The position numbers and the translations under genes were made by a program. Source: Hydrurus foetidus (Eukaryota). Taken from it: a stretch of DNA of 41,421 bases. The stretch's first letter is position 1. Each line of letters begins with the position of its first letter. Positions 1 through 13,208 of the stretch are shown here, in pieces. The notes under the pieces were generated by a model. It ran no database searches. It was not told the DNA's origin and saw only the letters and a program-made list of their open reading frames with translations. The DNA lies in NCBI GenBank assembly GCA_900617105.1, contig UYFQ01000855.1, positions 1 to 41,421 on the forward strand, written 5' to 3'.

Positions 1-638
1 TTGGAGTCAATAAACCTGTCGCGGTTTCCGTGATCGATCAACGCGGCCACCTCCTCTCTTAGTCGTAACTCGGCGACGGATGAATGAATCCAGCCGCTAC
101 TAATGTACACTACACGTCGCCTCAGCTATGTTCGTGACCTCATTAGATTTTCAGCAATTAAGATAAGTCTGTACAAATCAGCCGATAGAGCACAGTAGAG
201 TGAAGTAGAGAGACATGAATTATTTTGAGGTAGACAGACGAAAGCACGTCTCCCCGATGGGCAGCAAAGCACACGATTTGTAAGAAATATTGTAAAGAAT
301 TTTGACACAATGCCATCTCATTGCGTCCCGCTGATCGATCTCAATTTCTTTAGGTCACGAGACATTCCCAGTATAGTAAGGTGCCGATGGAGTCGTTGCA
401 AACGACCACTAATCCTTGCGTCAAATCAAAGACTAAATTCTCAAAATGTAGAGTCGGTTGGCTCGCGAGCAGCCGTTTAGTGGAATGTATTCACCAACGT
501 TCTATTCAGAAAATATTCACGTACTACACAACATCTTTAATTTTAAGATTGCAAGGTTGCTTGTGTTGCGAAACTGGCGCATTGTAAAAAGTCATTGTGT
601 CACCATGGGTGACTCTGTACTACTGCAAGACAATCTCA

Positions 639-3600
639 TCACATCATGCTGCTGACATAATTCCTCGCTTTCTCCTTAACGGCTTCTTGTTGCGCCTCGC
701 TGCCATGGAGCTGTTCGAAAGAGAGGAACTTCTTGAAGGCCGCCTTCATGGCCTTCGCGCTGCTCTTCGACAATATCATACGTTCGAACAGCTGCCTTGC
801 TTGTACATGATTGCCGCACTTCACCTCTTTGTCGACGTAGACGTGCCATAAGTCAGTTCTCTTGGGATAGCTGCCGACGAGGTCTTCGAACACGCTTCTG
901 CCTCTGTCTTCGCTGCCCACGTCGTACTCGCACACAGCGTATCTGCAGAATTAGAGAAGGATGTCGTCATGATCACGCGTTATAAAATTGGCAGGTGAGG
1001 TATATGGGGTGTGTAGCGGTTGAATCACTGAATCAATCAAATGCAGCGTTAGGTCAGTGACTCACTTTATTAACACTTCGATGTGCTTGTGTCTGCTCAG
1101 AGACTGCATGGACCTGCTCAGTAGAATCTTCGCTCCATCGCTATCGCCTGTGCGTAACTTATAATGTTGGTACGCCATCCAAACCTTCTTACTGGTTTTA
1201 TACTTCTTGAGCGCCTTGTCGTATATTGCAGTGGCGCCCTTAGTATCTTCAGCCGCCTCGTAAGCCTCTGCTAAGTTTAAGTGAACGGTTTTGCCCTTGC
1301 TCTCCGAGACCGCTCTCTTGAACACACTGTCGAGAGAAGCCATGTCGCCGTACTTGTACTCCATATTCACGTACGCCATCCACACATTCAGTTTCTCGCC
1401 CTCTTCCTTGAAGTTGATGGACCGCAGGGCCTTCTCGGCTATTTGACGGGTGGCATCTATGTCTGCCTGTGACAAGTAGTGGCTCATGTACTGGACCCAC
1501 AGCAACGAAGAGGAAGGCTCAGCGAGCAGAAGCCGCTCGAAATCCTCCGGTCTCTCAGGCAGTGAGTTACCAGCTTCGAGAGAGATTTCACGCGCCCGTA
1601 TGGCTTTCTCCTCCTTGCGTCTCGCGCTCTCTTTCTGTCTGGTTCTCGATCCCTTGCTCGCATCTTCGACTTCCTCTTCTTCTTCCTCTTCGCTGTCATC
1701 TCCCGATCCTCCGTCCTCTGCTACAGCAACTGATGGAACGGCTCCTTTGGGCTTGAAGTCTGTCCACTGCATGCTGCTGCTGCTCCCTGCCTTCAAGACC
1801 TTGGGTGGCGCGAATATCGAGGGGCCTGCGTCACTGTCATCGTCACTATCATCATCTTCTTCGTCCTCGTCCTCCTCTTCTTCTTCATCGGAGATGTCCA
1901 GTACCACTACCTCGTCAGCGATTTTCAGCGGCTTCTTCTGCGATTTGGTGCCCTTCGGAGTAACACCCTTGTCTTCTGATGTCCGCACCGTTGCAGCTTT
2001 GATCATAGCGTCCATCTCATCGTCTGACTCATCGCCGTCAGCATCAAGCATCTTGATGCAACCATCGCTATCCTCCTCTGAAGCTGCCTCGTGATCTTCA
2101 TCACTGTCATCGTCATCAGAGTCGACATCGGCGTTGTCCTTCCCATGCTTGTCCTCTTTGGAGAAGAAGGAGGCTTTAAGCCCTAGAGAAACCTTCTTGC
2201 TCTGCCGGGACACAGACAGCACTTTGGCGCGAACGAACGCACCAATTTCGTACAATTCGGCCATGTCTTCGGACTCTTCACAAGCAGCGGATTTGCGACA
2301 GAGGCCAACGATGCTCGTTCCCTTGATGGTGACGTGCACCCCTATAGGGCTGATACGCAGGACCGTCCCTTCCACGGTGCTCCTCACAAATATTCCCTTG
2401 ATATCCTCCGCCGCCTTCTTGTCCCCTATGATCACGCTCTGTTTGAGGGTCAGCTTGGCGGTGCCTTCAGTCTGACTAGCTGAGAGCACGTAAGTGGAAA
2501 GCAGCCGTCCTACAGGGAAGAGTACCAGCGGTTCAGTGACGAAGTCATCGCTCAGATTGCGCAGTAGCACTTGCCCTGTCATGCCGTGCGACATGCGCAA
2601 GAAGCAGCCCTTGCCCTTCGTGTTGTAGTTAGCCACATATGCGGTTACCACAGACCCGTCCGAGGGAATGGGGTCAGGCTTAATCGATTCTTTTTTGTTC
2701 TTGCAAGCCTGCAGTTGTTTTAGAGTAAAATAGAGTTGGGCTAATTGAGTAAGGGAGAATGAGTGGTGATTGTTGGGTAGATGATGGAAGAGAGGGGAGC
2801 ATCGTGTAGTAGTAAGGGATGAATGTTCACGAACCAGTCTAGATGGCCTCAAAGAGAGCTCCACGACATCGAGAGAGTCCGTGGTGGACTTCCCATTAAC
2901 AGCGATGACCCGGCACTGCACTAGATCTCCGTGCTTTCTCCCATCAGGTAGTTGGATGTCTGCTTTTGATGAAGACGAGGAGGGCGCTTGGAAGATATGT
3001 GCGCAGTCCTGCCAGTCCGCAGGGTCAGACAGCTCCGTGATGCACACACGACCGACTTTGCCCCCTCCGAGGTACACTTGGAATGCGGGTGGCCGCGGAA
3101 TGCGGCCTCGTTGGAGGAAGGACCTCAGGTCCAAGATCCCGAATGTCAGTGCCCCAGGAGCACATGTCGCTGTGCCGTCCTGGAGAGCGGGAGACGCGAT
3201 GGCTGCATCGCATATGGTGCTGAGGGAGTCGGTGGTTGAGAGGCGGTGCTCGATAGTCGCCCTGCTGATGTTGATTCCCTTGGGCTTCGTCTTCAACGGG
3301 TTCTTAGAGTCCAGGTTGAATGACGTCACTTGGGACAGCACCCGCTGACCGACAAATGCTCTCTGCTTGAACAACTTCACGACTTCTTCATCGGAACTCA
3401 CGTCCATGAAGTGCAAACGAGTTGTTATGTATGGCGAGAAAGATACTATACAGCCCGTTTCCTCCATCTTCGTGATACAACCAGCGTACACACCACTAAG
3501 CTTCACGGCATTTTTACCGTACAGTTGAAGAAGAGGGCAGTGGCTGCTGTCCGCTTCCACCTCTGCCTCCCTCTTCCTCTTGCCGACAATTTTAGGTTCA

Positions 3601-6600
3601 TTAGGGTCAAATTTAAGCCCTCTGGACAGTCCGACAGTTGAAAGATTGATGATGATTTCTTCAGAGGTAGCATTATTCCCTTCAACTGAACCTTTATCAG
3701 CTACCACTTTTGCGTCATGACGAATCTGCTGTATGCGACCAAGTATACGTCCACCAACCGTTATGCCGTGGAAGGGGTGATTTTCTCCGATGCCCGACTC
3801 ATTACTTCCTCTGGTGGCGCGGCCAGTGAGCGTGTTGTGCATGTCATCAGTGCCGTCTGTTTGGTCGAGAGTGCCTGTCAAGTGGACTGTGGCCTTCACC
3901 TTCAGACCCATCACTTCCACGTAGTCGGGCTTGACAACCATTTCCAATGGCCCAATGCTGATCACCCGCCATTTCAATACTTGACCGAGTCGGATCGTAT
4001 CTAGAAACTTTTTCTTCAGTACCTCAGCATCGATGACTTTGCCGCTAGGAGAGGTTATGCTCGATTTCATGGATGCAAGGCTCTCATCTTTGTAGGCAAC
4101 ACCGGTGGATACGGACAGAATGGCGAAGGAAAAGTGAGGATTGGAGCCATCTTCCTCCGCAGAATGTGCTGCAGTTTCAACCCTCAGTGAAATCTCCTGG
4201 TTCTCCACGTATTCGGAGGGAGAGGGAGGAGAGGGGCAGTGGTAGTCGGCGACTGAAACATACGCCAAAACGCAATTGCCCACGGAGACCACTAAGTACT
4301 TGCCGTCTGACTGCACTAGCTGCACCTTCCCTTTGATGACGCTGCCTTTGACTGACAGAGCTGCAGCAGTATCTGCGAATAGAGCGGCCTCCTTCTTGCT
4401 CGGCCTCGATTTCGGGGACCCCCTTGCAGTCACATTCTTGATCAGCAGGGGGTCTAGAGTGACATCAAGGACGTTGTTCTTGAAATCGACATCCAATACG
4501 AGCACATTAACGACCTGTCCCACCTGCACCACTGCCTTCGAGTGGATCCCTCTAGCGAGCATCATCGTAGCCTGGTCGGCACCAGTCAGCACCAAGCCGT
4601 AGCTCTCCACAGAAGAGATCGTGGCTGACACGACAGAGCAGAGAGGAATATTCCTCCAGGATGGTGGTGACTTTCCTTCGACTGTAGCTTTCGCGGTGAG
4701 AGCTAGGTAGTTCTCTCGAAGTAATGCTTTGAGGTATGAGGTCGCACCGTTGGAAGGACCCACCATTCCGGTCTTGAAAGTCGCGATAACTCTTTCTCTG
4801 ACTAGGTCCACTCTTTGAATCACGCAACGCACGCTATCTCCGACGTTGAACAGCCCTTCTGGAGTGGCTAAAAAGCGGTCAGCGACATTCGGCCTAGGAA
4901 CCAGTGCGGTCAGCCCTTCTCTGAATCGGACCATCACACCGTAGCTTTCAACCTTAAAAATGAAACCAGCCACTAGTTGACCGGGGACTAGATCTGCTAC
5001 AGTGTCAGGCACGCTGATTGCTTCGACTGAGCTCAATCCTGTATCAGCATCGGCAGCAGCGGCTGCGAGCAGTAAGGGCTTGACGGAGAGGGCCAACACT
5101 TTCTTGCTCACTGATAAAACAAGGGCATTAACAATCTTGGTTCCAATGCTGTACTGGGCTGTCTTCTTGCCAGATGGTGTAAAGTATGCGTCTGCAGTTG
5201 ACGCAAAGTCGGCACTTTGGTGCTTCTGCATGGTGCCAAGCCTTCCGTCAGAGAGCCTCACCGACACTCCGTCGACATCCACTTTGTACACGATGCCCGA
5301 GACGAACTCTCCCACAGACCTCTTCCCAGAGGGAGCAGTGGCGAGTGTCTCTTGAAGGGGGGACTGCGCGCATATCAGAGAGGCCACGGGCTCTGTTGTC
5401 GCAGTGATGGCTGTCGCTGCTTTTGACTCAGGAGCGAGACAGCTGAGAAGGGACTGTACTTCAGCCGCATCACACGTGCCCAACGCTAGAGCAAGCACCA
5501 CCCTTGGATTCAAAATACCTCTAGAAGCTTTCTTTCCGTGCCCTGGGATCGCTTTGCACGTTTCCTTGCTCAGCACGAGACATTTGATCACTTGTCCTGC
5601 TCTGTAGGAGTCCGCAGCATCTGCCACGCCTTGGTGCGCCAGAATGCTCATGGGGATGGTGCCTCTGACTTTGTTGAAGAAGTTCACCTTCAGGCCCTTC
5701 TCGCTGACCCTGCCCACCACTCCAAGAGATAAGCCTCCCTCCGTTAAATCGTCGTATGAGAGAATGGGCGATTCCTTGTCGTCAACAATGCTTTTCTTCA
5801 TCGTGACCATGATCGCGCTGCCGTTCGCCTCCCAGACACGAAACTTGTGTGTCTGTCCCATTTTGAACCTTTTGTTTAGCTGCATTGTTGTGAGTGTGAG
5901 ACCAGTATCGCTGAGATGCAGTAGCGGACACACAGCCTGCACCTTCGCGCTGATCTTGATGACGAGGCCGAAGTCCTTGATGGCCGCGATGGAGGCCATT
6001 AGTGTCTGCCCCACAGATATCTTAGACCAGTGCAGCACTTCACTAGTGATGGTGGCTGTCACATTCGTACCCACCGACATGCCCTCAACGAGGTGATAAC
6101 CGATCACTTTTACGAGTTCCACCTGTTCCCCCACCTTGTACTGCTTCTCAATGTCGGTTTCGCTGACTTGTGCGGTCGCGGCGCTCCCCTTCGCTACCAC
6201 GCCTGAATCACCTTCGGCAGTTGCTGGATCTGTCTTACGGTTAGCCAGGGCAGACTTGTGAATAAACACTCCCAACACTGATTCGTTAATTTCCTTTCTT
6301 CTCTTCGCGTCAGCAGCCAGCATCTTTTTGTCCAATCTCGCCGCTCCCTTTACCCTACCTTCAGCAGAGCCATTGTCGGCAGCTTTGCTCACTATTATTC
6401 CCGATGTGAGGATTGCTTCAGCGTCAGCAGCCTCAAGGCCCCCTAAAGAGAGAAGCACCCCTTGCTTTTTCGCAACGCATTTTATGTCGAGATTGTTCAA
6501 TGTGGATCCCAACTCAGGCAGGTTGGCAGGAGCCCTCATGTCCAGTACGTGAGGGCGCATGGACATACGCACGCTGCGAGAGCCGTGATCCACAAACACT

Positions 6601-7916
6601 ATTCTAGCCTCATATGTTACACCGTCTTTGCCTTTGATGGCACTCATGGAGTTCTGCAGCTCCTTGGACGTCATGGGCCGCGAAAGAGAATAGTTGTCGA
6701 TGACCCCATGAAAGTCGTTCATGAACTTCACCAACAGTCCATTCTACGAAAGAGACAGGCTGAGATTAAATTTTGAAAGTCATGCCAGTAATTATAGAGG
6801 CGAAGATAGGCCACGCATACCTGAACAACTTTTTCGACCGTGACATTGAATTTCATTCCTGGAGACAGAGCGTTGAAGGGCAGCAGATCTCCCTTGGTCA
6901 CTGTCTCCGCGATCGCCTTTCGCTGTGCGCGCAGTGTTACAGAGCGGGCAGTCTCATTGACTGTCTCAACAATGCACTCTACAGGCTGGCCTATACAAAG
7001 ATTACTTCCGATGGGTGGGGTAGACGGATGCAGAGGATCTCCACTAATAGTTTCGCTTTTCGTTACCGCGGTAGCCTTCGATGTCGAGGAGCTTATGTCG
7101 ATGAATAGGGCCAGGGGCACTGCCTTAAATGGCAGAAAAAAAGTGATGTCACTGACACCAGCGGTAACGATATAGCCATGGTCCTCTTTACTGCTAATAC
7201 ACCCAGATATGGGAAATCCGGGTATCATATGTTTCATAGCGAGCCCCCTGTTCACAAGAGAAGAGCGCATTGAAAGCACGAGAGATTTTCGCCTCGAGGC
7301 AGTCTTTTCAATAATATCCAGGATGTAGCATCTGACGGGTTGCATGAGATTTACAAGTTTCCTGATATCAAGTGACTCAGTTTTACATGCGTCCTCTTTC
7401 TTACTGCCTATCTCTGTTTGAGATAACTTGTGCAGGGCATCCGAAATTTCTGATTTCGTCACAGTTCCGGCGACGCCGCCAGGGAGCGAAATGACAATGT
7501 TATTGTCATATATTTGAAGAACAAATCCAAGCGCTGACGTTCCAGTTTTGTATTTGGCAAACGACATATTATCTATTTTCACAGCTTTGCTGGTTCCTGA
7601 GGAGCGAGTCATGCCCAAACCCATCGCACCAGAGAGAGGTGATTTCAAAAGAGCTGCAGAGGTTATTGTCCCTTGAGTTTTTTTGCTCTGTGCTTTCGAT
7701 TGAACTATCTCTATTCTACGTGTCCTCTTCAATCCGAAAATATTTTCCTCCTGCAAGTTGACAATTACGCAATGTTACATCTGAATGTAAAGTTGCTTAG
7801 AATGAGCTTTATCAACGACGTCGATGAGTCATACTAACCTCATTTCGGACTCTCTTGTTCGTAGCTGTTACATTTTCCCCAGCACCGCTGCCTCGTGGAA
7901 AAGGGACGTTTGACAT
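639..7916 (-). CDS. RRP5: rRNA biogenesis protein RRP5/PDCD11 (S1 repeats plus C-terminal HAT/TPR), 5 exons, about 2287 aa
   Basis: Exons 7916-7839, 7750-6821, 6743-2835, 2708-1066, 942-639. All introns are GT-AG and the joined length is 6864 nt in frame. Protein has N-terminal FPRG motif, multiple S1-like repeats, an acidic linker and an RRP5-type C-terminus (PEDFERLLLAEPSSSLLWVQYM...EKLNVW...YPKRTDLW). Confidence 0.95.
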
Positions 7917-8125
7917 GTTGCAATGATCTGTTTGACACCTTCAAATCTGCAACGAGGAACGTTGGTAATGAATCAACGAGTAGGAGGGCATGGACATGAG
8001 TCCTCGTAAGTGTTTGCCTTACTTATCTGAATCGATTGAGTTGCAAGCGCACCTCTCCATAGAAGGTGATTGACTGGCTGGAAAAAGATACGTACAGCCG
8101 TACAGTACAGGCTGACTGGTCGGCT

Positions 8126-8347
8126 TGTTGATCAGAGTACATACACACAGTACGTACACGTCGCGTACACCGTACATACACACAGTACGTACACGTCGCG
8201 TCGTACGCTATCAGATTCAAACACATGCAATGTAGTCACAGTACCTCATAATGAATTCTCCAGTTTACACATAACTTACTTCCAACACTCGTGAAACACG
8301 TAAATTACTTTCACATTTGGTACGCAATCAAATCTGCGTCATCAACA
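8126..8347 (+). repeat. Copia-1 5' LTR (contains an internal 35-bp tandem duplication)
   Basis: Direct repeat of 13416-13637 with 3 substitutions in 222 bp. Confidence 0.97.
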
Positions 8348-8367
8348 GTTGGAATTACTGCATTGCC

Positions 8368-9422
8368 ATGTCCACTTCTCCAGTCACGCTCCTGGAAAAC
8401 CCTCGGCAAAATTTTAGACAATTTCATCGTGCCGTCGTTGCCGCATGTGGCGCCGAATGTCCCACCATATACACGCATGGACTTCTTGGGTTCATAGTCA
8501 GTGACACCCAATGGGCGCAGCTCCCCGGGAATCTGGTTCAACCTGACGACAACGAGCTTCCACCGATACTGCTTCCTCGCCCTAATCGGTTAGGGTTAGG
8601 GTTAGGGTCAATGCGAGCTCCCTCACAATCAAAGTATGGGAGCGCAAGCTTGCGGATAATCTACTCAGTACTGACAACTTGAGGCGACTAAAGCAATCAC
8701 TACTGGCCAGTATCACGCCGGCTGATCTTGTCGTGCTCCACGATCCGCTTTTCGGTTTGCTTAACGTCACAGCGTTATCCATCATGGAGCATGTTACTAT
8801 ATTACATGGTACACGGAATCAAACTGACTTCGCGCACCTACGCGCACAACTCCTTTCTACGATGACCTCTCAAGACTCAGTTCAAGATTTCATTGGGTCG
8901 CACCAACTCCTACACGATCAATTCGCAGAGTCCCACCAACCGCTTTCCGAGCTAGATAAATGTCATCACTTCCGTGAGGCAGTGCAGTCGCAAATACACG
9001 TCCAACATGCTATTGAATCTTATCTTGTCGCCCACCCATTGGTTGGCGACCAAACATTCTTGGCTCTCACAACCCATGTCATACAACAAGCCTCAAATTT
9101 CGCGCCAACAATCGCATCTATGGGATACTCTGCTAGTACAACCATCGAACGTCCTAACACCCCTTCAGAAGCATTTCTCTCTTCTCCAGCATTTGTCGCC
9201 ATGATAACCTCAGCTGTTCGTGCGGCTCAACCCGCTCCTCGCAAAGCTCGACGCGAGCGCGCGCCCACACAGCCAAAGCCGAGAACATACTGCTTCCAAC
9301 ACGGTTATGATTCGCACAACGGTATTGACTGCCGTCATATGACTGCACACACATATACACCGGCCCAAAAAATTGCTCAAACACACTTGGATGTCACCGG
9401 CGGCTCCATCAACCGACTCTGA
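8368..9422 (+). pseudogene. gag: Copia-1 gag, frameshifted at the telomeric-repeat tract
   Basis: ATG 8368 frame reads to ...LLPRPNR. After (TTAGGG)3 the gag continues in another frame (NASSLTIKVWERKLADNLLSTDNLRRLKQ...) to a CoDi-type knuckle (YCFQHGYDSHNGIDC) and TGA at 9420-9422. Confidence 0.85.
8590..8607 (+). repeat. Interstitial telomeric repeat (TTAGGG)3
   Basis: Three exact TTAGGG units, preceded by CCCTAA (8580-8585) and TCGG. Confidence 0.9.
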
Positions 9423-12400
9423 CATGAAGGGACGGATAGCGAAATTGATTCTTCCGTGCACGCTCACTGTAATCTAACTCAACCAATTTCGTCATCCGCC
9501 CCCCCTCCTTTATGTGCTGATACTGGCTCCACACACACGCTCTTAAGAGCATCCGATGCCACACACATCGTTCGCACTACGTCTACAGTCGATACTCTCA
9601 CAGTTATGCTTCCTAACGGACACTTAATTACATCCATTGGCATCTGCCATCTACAATTGCCGCATCTTCAGTGCCCCTTCGTCGCGCATGTTTTTTCAGA
9701 CTCAGCACTCAACACTTCACTGCTCTCCATTGCCCAACTTTGCCGACTCGGATGCATCGCCACATTCACTTCCACTGAGGTCCACATTACCATCGATCAG
9801 TCCACTGTTCTTCATGGCTTCAAGTTGCCCAATGATTCCTTCTGGTCTATTCCGCAGCCTGCTCTATTCACCTCGCCCTTCATCGCCAATGCCACACAGG
9901 CACTTCCAAACGACGCTGCGTTCATTAAATTTGCGCGCGCTGCGCTAGGGAGCCCTGCCATATCCACATTAACTCAAGCAGTCAGACGCGGATATTTACA
10001 TTCGTACCCATGTCTAACGTCAAAAATGCTTGCAGCACATCCTCCGATGTCCATAGCTACCGCTAAAGGCCACCTCGACCAACACCGTCAGGGGCAACGA
10101 TCCACACACACTCCTATCGACATGTTCGAAATCGAGGACACTTCAGACATTGACAGCATTAACTGCTCATCCGTACAGTCGGAACATACAGTTTCACAGG
10201 CATACACCCGAATTATCCTGGCATCATCTACACTACATTCAGATTTGACAGGTCGATTTCCCGTTACATCACGCACTGGTGCGCAATACATGTTTGTATC
10301 CGTCCTCGATGGTTATATCCACGTGGAACCAATGAAAACTCGACATCACCAAGAGTATATCACCGCCTACAAACGAACATTAAACTTCTTCGGTCAATTT
10401 GGACGTCGACCATCATTCCAGAGGCTTGATAATGAGACATCCGCGCCCCTCGAAACCTTCGCTCTTCAAAACAATATAAGCATACAATACTGCCCACCAC
10501 ACACGCACCGCTCGCTTAAGGCAGAGCGTGCCATTCGCACTTTCAAAAATCACTTCATAGCCACTCTATTCACAGCAGCACCAGATTTTCCACTCACACT
10601 CTGGGATGACATGCTTCCACAAATGGAGATATGCCTCAATCACCTACTTCCCTACGCTCCTAACGTCGCTGTGTCAGCATATGCTGGCCTCCATGGCGGC
10701 GCCTTCGACTTCTCAAAACATCCCATTGCTCCAATAGGAACGCGACTTCTCATTCACGACAAACCAACTGCACGCACATCGTGGGCGCCTCATGGAGTCC
10801 CAGGATTCTATCTAGGCCCAGCCCTTCAACACTATCGCTCGTACCGAGCATGGTCCACCACCACTCACACAATGCGCATTACAGACACTGTTGCGTGGTT
10901 TCCACACGACTTCGCTATGCCCGGCCCCTCCATGCACGACATACTCGTTCGCACCATCGATGACTTGCAAGAAGCTCTGCACAAATTCTCGGCATCCGCT
11001 CCGTCTGTACGCACTACCACCCAGCCCGCTTCGCTAATCACAACCATAGCCAACAACTTGCACATCATTGCCAACATGCATGCATCTCCCCAGTCGTCAG
11101 TCTTCAATAATCCCGCTTCAGAACAGAGGGTGTCGCCGTCACCACCCTCCGTCGCACACGACGGCACTATCGCGCCTGAGTCTATCCGTCCACTACACGC
11201 TCAGCCAATTCGCCCGTCTGTGCCACTGCCTCCACAACTATACACCACACCTGTCGCCAACAATACACTCAATCTCGATGACACAGGCCAACCCCTCACA
11301 TACGCGACAGCCAAATCAGGCAGTAATGCTCCTCAATGGCAGATCGCTGAAACAAAAGAACTCGATCGCCTTCTCAGCACACAAACCATTCGACCTATTC
11401 TTGTTGCCAATCAGCCACATTCGCGACGGCGCGATACAACCTATTACAATCCACAGACCAAGGAAAAAGAGAATGCCTCTGGTGAGCGTACATTTCGCAT
11501 CAGAGGTACTATAGGCGGCGACAGAGTCAACTACCCCGGCCCCACTACAGCACGCACTGCAGCTATGCCGCTCGTCAAAATACTCATACATTCAGTCATT
11601 TCTGACAACGCCAATTGGCTCACCATCGACATAAAAGACTTCTACCTCAACACGCCTCTCCCGCGCCCTGAATACTTGCGCATACCCTCCAAGTACCTTA
11701 CACCTACCATCATAACCAATTATGCCCTACAGTCATATCTACACAACAATTCCATCTTATTTGAAGTCAATAAGGGAATGTACGGGCTTCCGCAGGCAGG
11801 ACTCCTTGCGCAACAGCGTTTACTTCACCATCTATCACAGCACGGCTACCACCAGACAGACACCTCATGTCTTTTCCGACACACGTCTAACGGCACCGTC
11901 TTCTCCTTAGTCGTCGATGACTTCGGCGTCAAATACACAAACAAGAAAGGAGTCGACCATCTCATCCATACACTCGAAATGCTATATTCCATCACTGTCG
12001 ACTGGGCTGGAGCTAAATATCTAGGTTTTTCTATTGCCTTCGACAGAACACTCCACACTGTCACGCTCACCATGCCGGGATACATCGCCAAGGTGCTTCA
12101 ACGTTTCGCTCCGTCTCTCACGAACGGTGCCAACTCGCCTGCTGTGTACATTCCTCCACACTATGGAATAGGACTACAGACATCCACAGTCGACACTAGC
12201 ACCCCACTCTCTCCAACCCAAACAACAACGCTGCAAGAACTAGTTGGATCACTCTTGTACTACGCGCGTGGTGTAGACGTCACCATACTCCCTGCAGTAA
12301 CACACCTCTCCTCGCTACAAGCGCATCCCACACAAGATGTACTCCAAGCCTCCCACCGCTTACTTGCCTACTGTTCCAGATTTCCAAACAATGCACTACG

Positions 12401-13208
12401 CTACCACGCTTGCGATATGACCCTTCACATCCAATCGGACGCTTCGTACCTGTCTCGTCCTCATGCACGCTCAGTTGCAGGTGCCATTTTTTACTGAGGC
12501 AATGTCAACCAACCTACATATATCAACGGCTCCGTCCACTCACTCAGCACCATCATACCATCAGTCGTCGCTTCTGTAGCTGAAGCTGAATATGCTGCAC
12601 TCTTTCTTGCTGGTCAAGAGGGAGTATGGCTACGCCAAATTCTTCACTCTCTCGGGTACCCGCAAAACCCCACTACAATACTCTGCGACAACCAATGCGC
12701 CGTAGGCATTGCCTTGGACACAATCAAGCCAAAACGAACAAAAAGCATAGACATGCGCTTTCACTGGATGCGAGACCGCATCGCACAAAAGCAATTCACA
12801 GTCACGTGGTGCAAAGGTGCTGACAATCTAGCAGACTTTTTCACTAAACCATTACCCGTCCACGTTCATCAATCCATCATGCCTCTTCTAGTACACACTC
12901 CTCCAGCATCACCTGACGCCCTAATTACACCGTCAGCAATTCGTGCAACAAAATGGCAAAGCCACCAGACGCATCTGGCAGCGGAGCCCACGTATCAAGT
13001 GGACCTCCACCTCACAGTGGGGAGGTGCGGGGAATTCATTGTCATGCCACCGACAACCCTGCTACCACATGTCAACCCTAGAGTTGAACTCATGGCCCCT
13101 CGGATTATAATTGAATACGTATATCCAATCACGTCAGCGCTCCCTGCTGACAATTCCAAAAATATTCTGTCCAGTTTTCACCGAACAGGCAGCCCATGTT
13201 CCACATAG
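9423..13208 (+). pseudogene. pol: Copia-1 pol (protease, integrase, RT, RNase H) with a nonsense codon in RNase H
   Basis: Motifs ADTGSTH (PR), SDLTGRFP / RLDNE / AERAIRTFKNHF (INT), DIKDFYL / YGLPQAG / VVDDF (RT), SDASY...AEAEY...ADFFTK (RH). An in-frame TGA at 12495-12497 (FY*GN) separates ORFs 9456-12497 and 12714-13208, which share one frame. Confidence 0.93.
12950..13142 (-). ncRNA. tRNA-Tyr-like head plus structured 3' domain, module B (putative Pol III/SINE-like RNA)
   Basis: Minus strand: A-box-like TGACGTGATTGG, D-stem ACGT/ACGT, anticodon-like loop TT-ATA-AT, B-box GAGTTCAACTC (13091-13081), multi-stem domain 13067-12976, then T4 at 12953-12950. The cloverleaf is degenerate. Confidence 0.45.

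Noticed and set aside
1..638. Short ORFs downstream of RRP5
   Set aside because: No motifs or splice structure; treated as 3' UTR or intergenic.
1249..7175. Many alternative-frame and antisense ORFs overlapping RRP5
   Set aside because: Shadow ORFs of a long coding sequence with no independent motifs; the same applies to ORFs overlapping the pol genes.
8134..8203. CRISPR-like repeat in the LTR
   Set aside because: Only a two-unit 35-bp tandem duplication without spacers, in a eukaryotic LTR.
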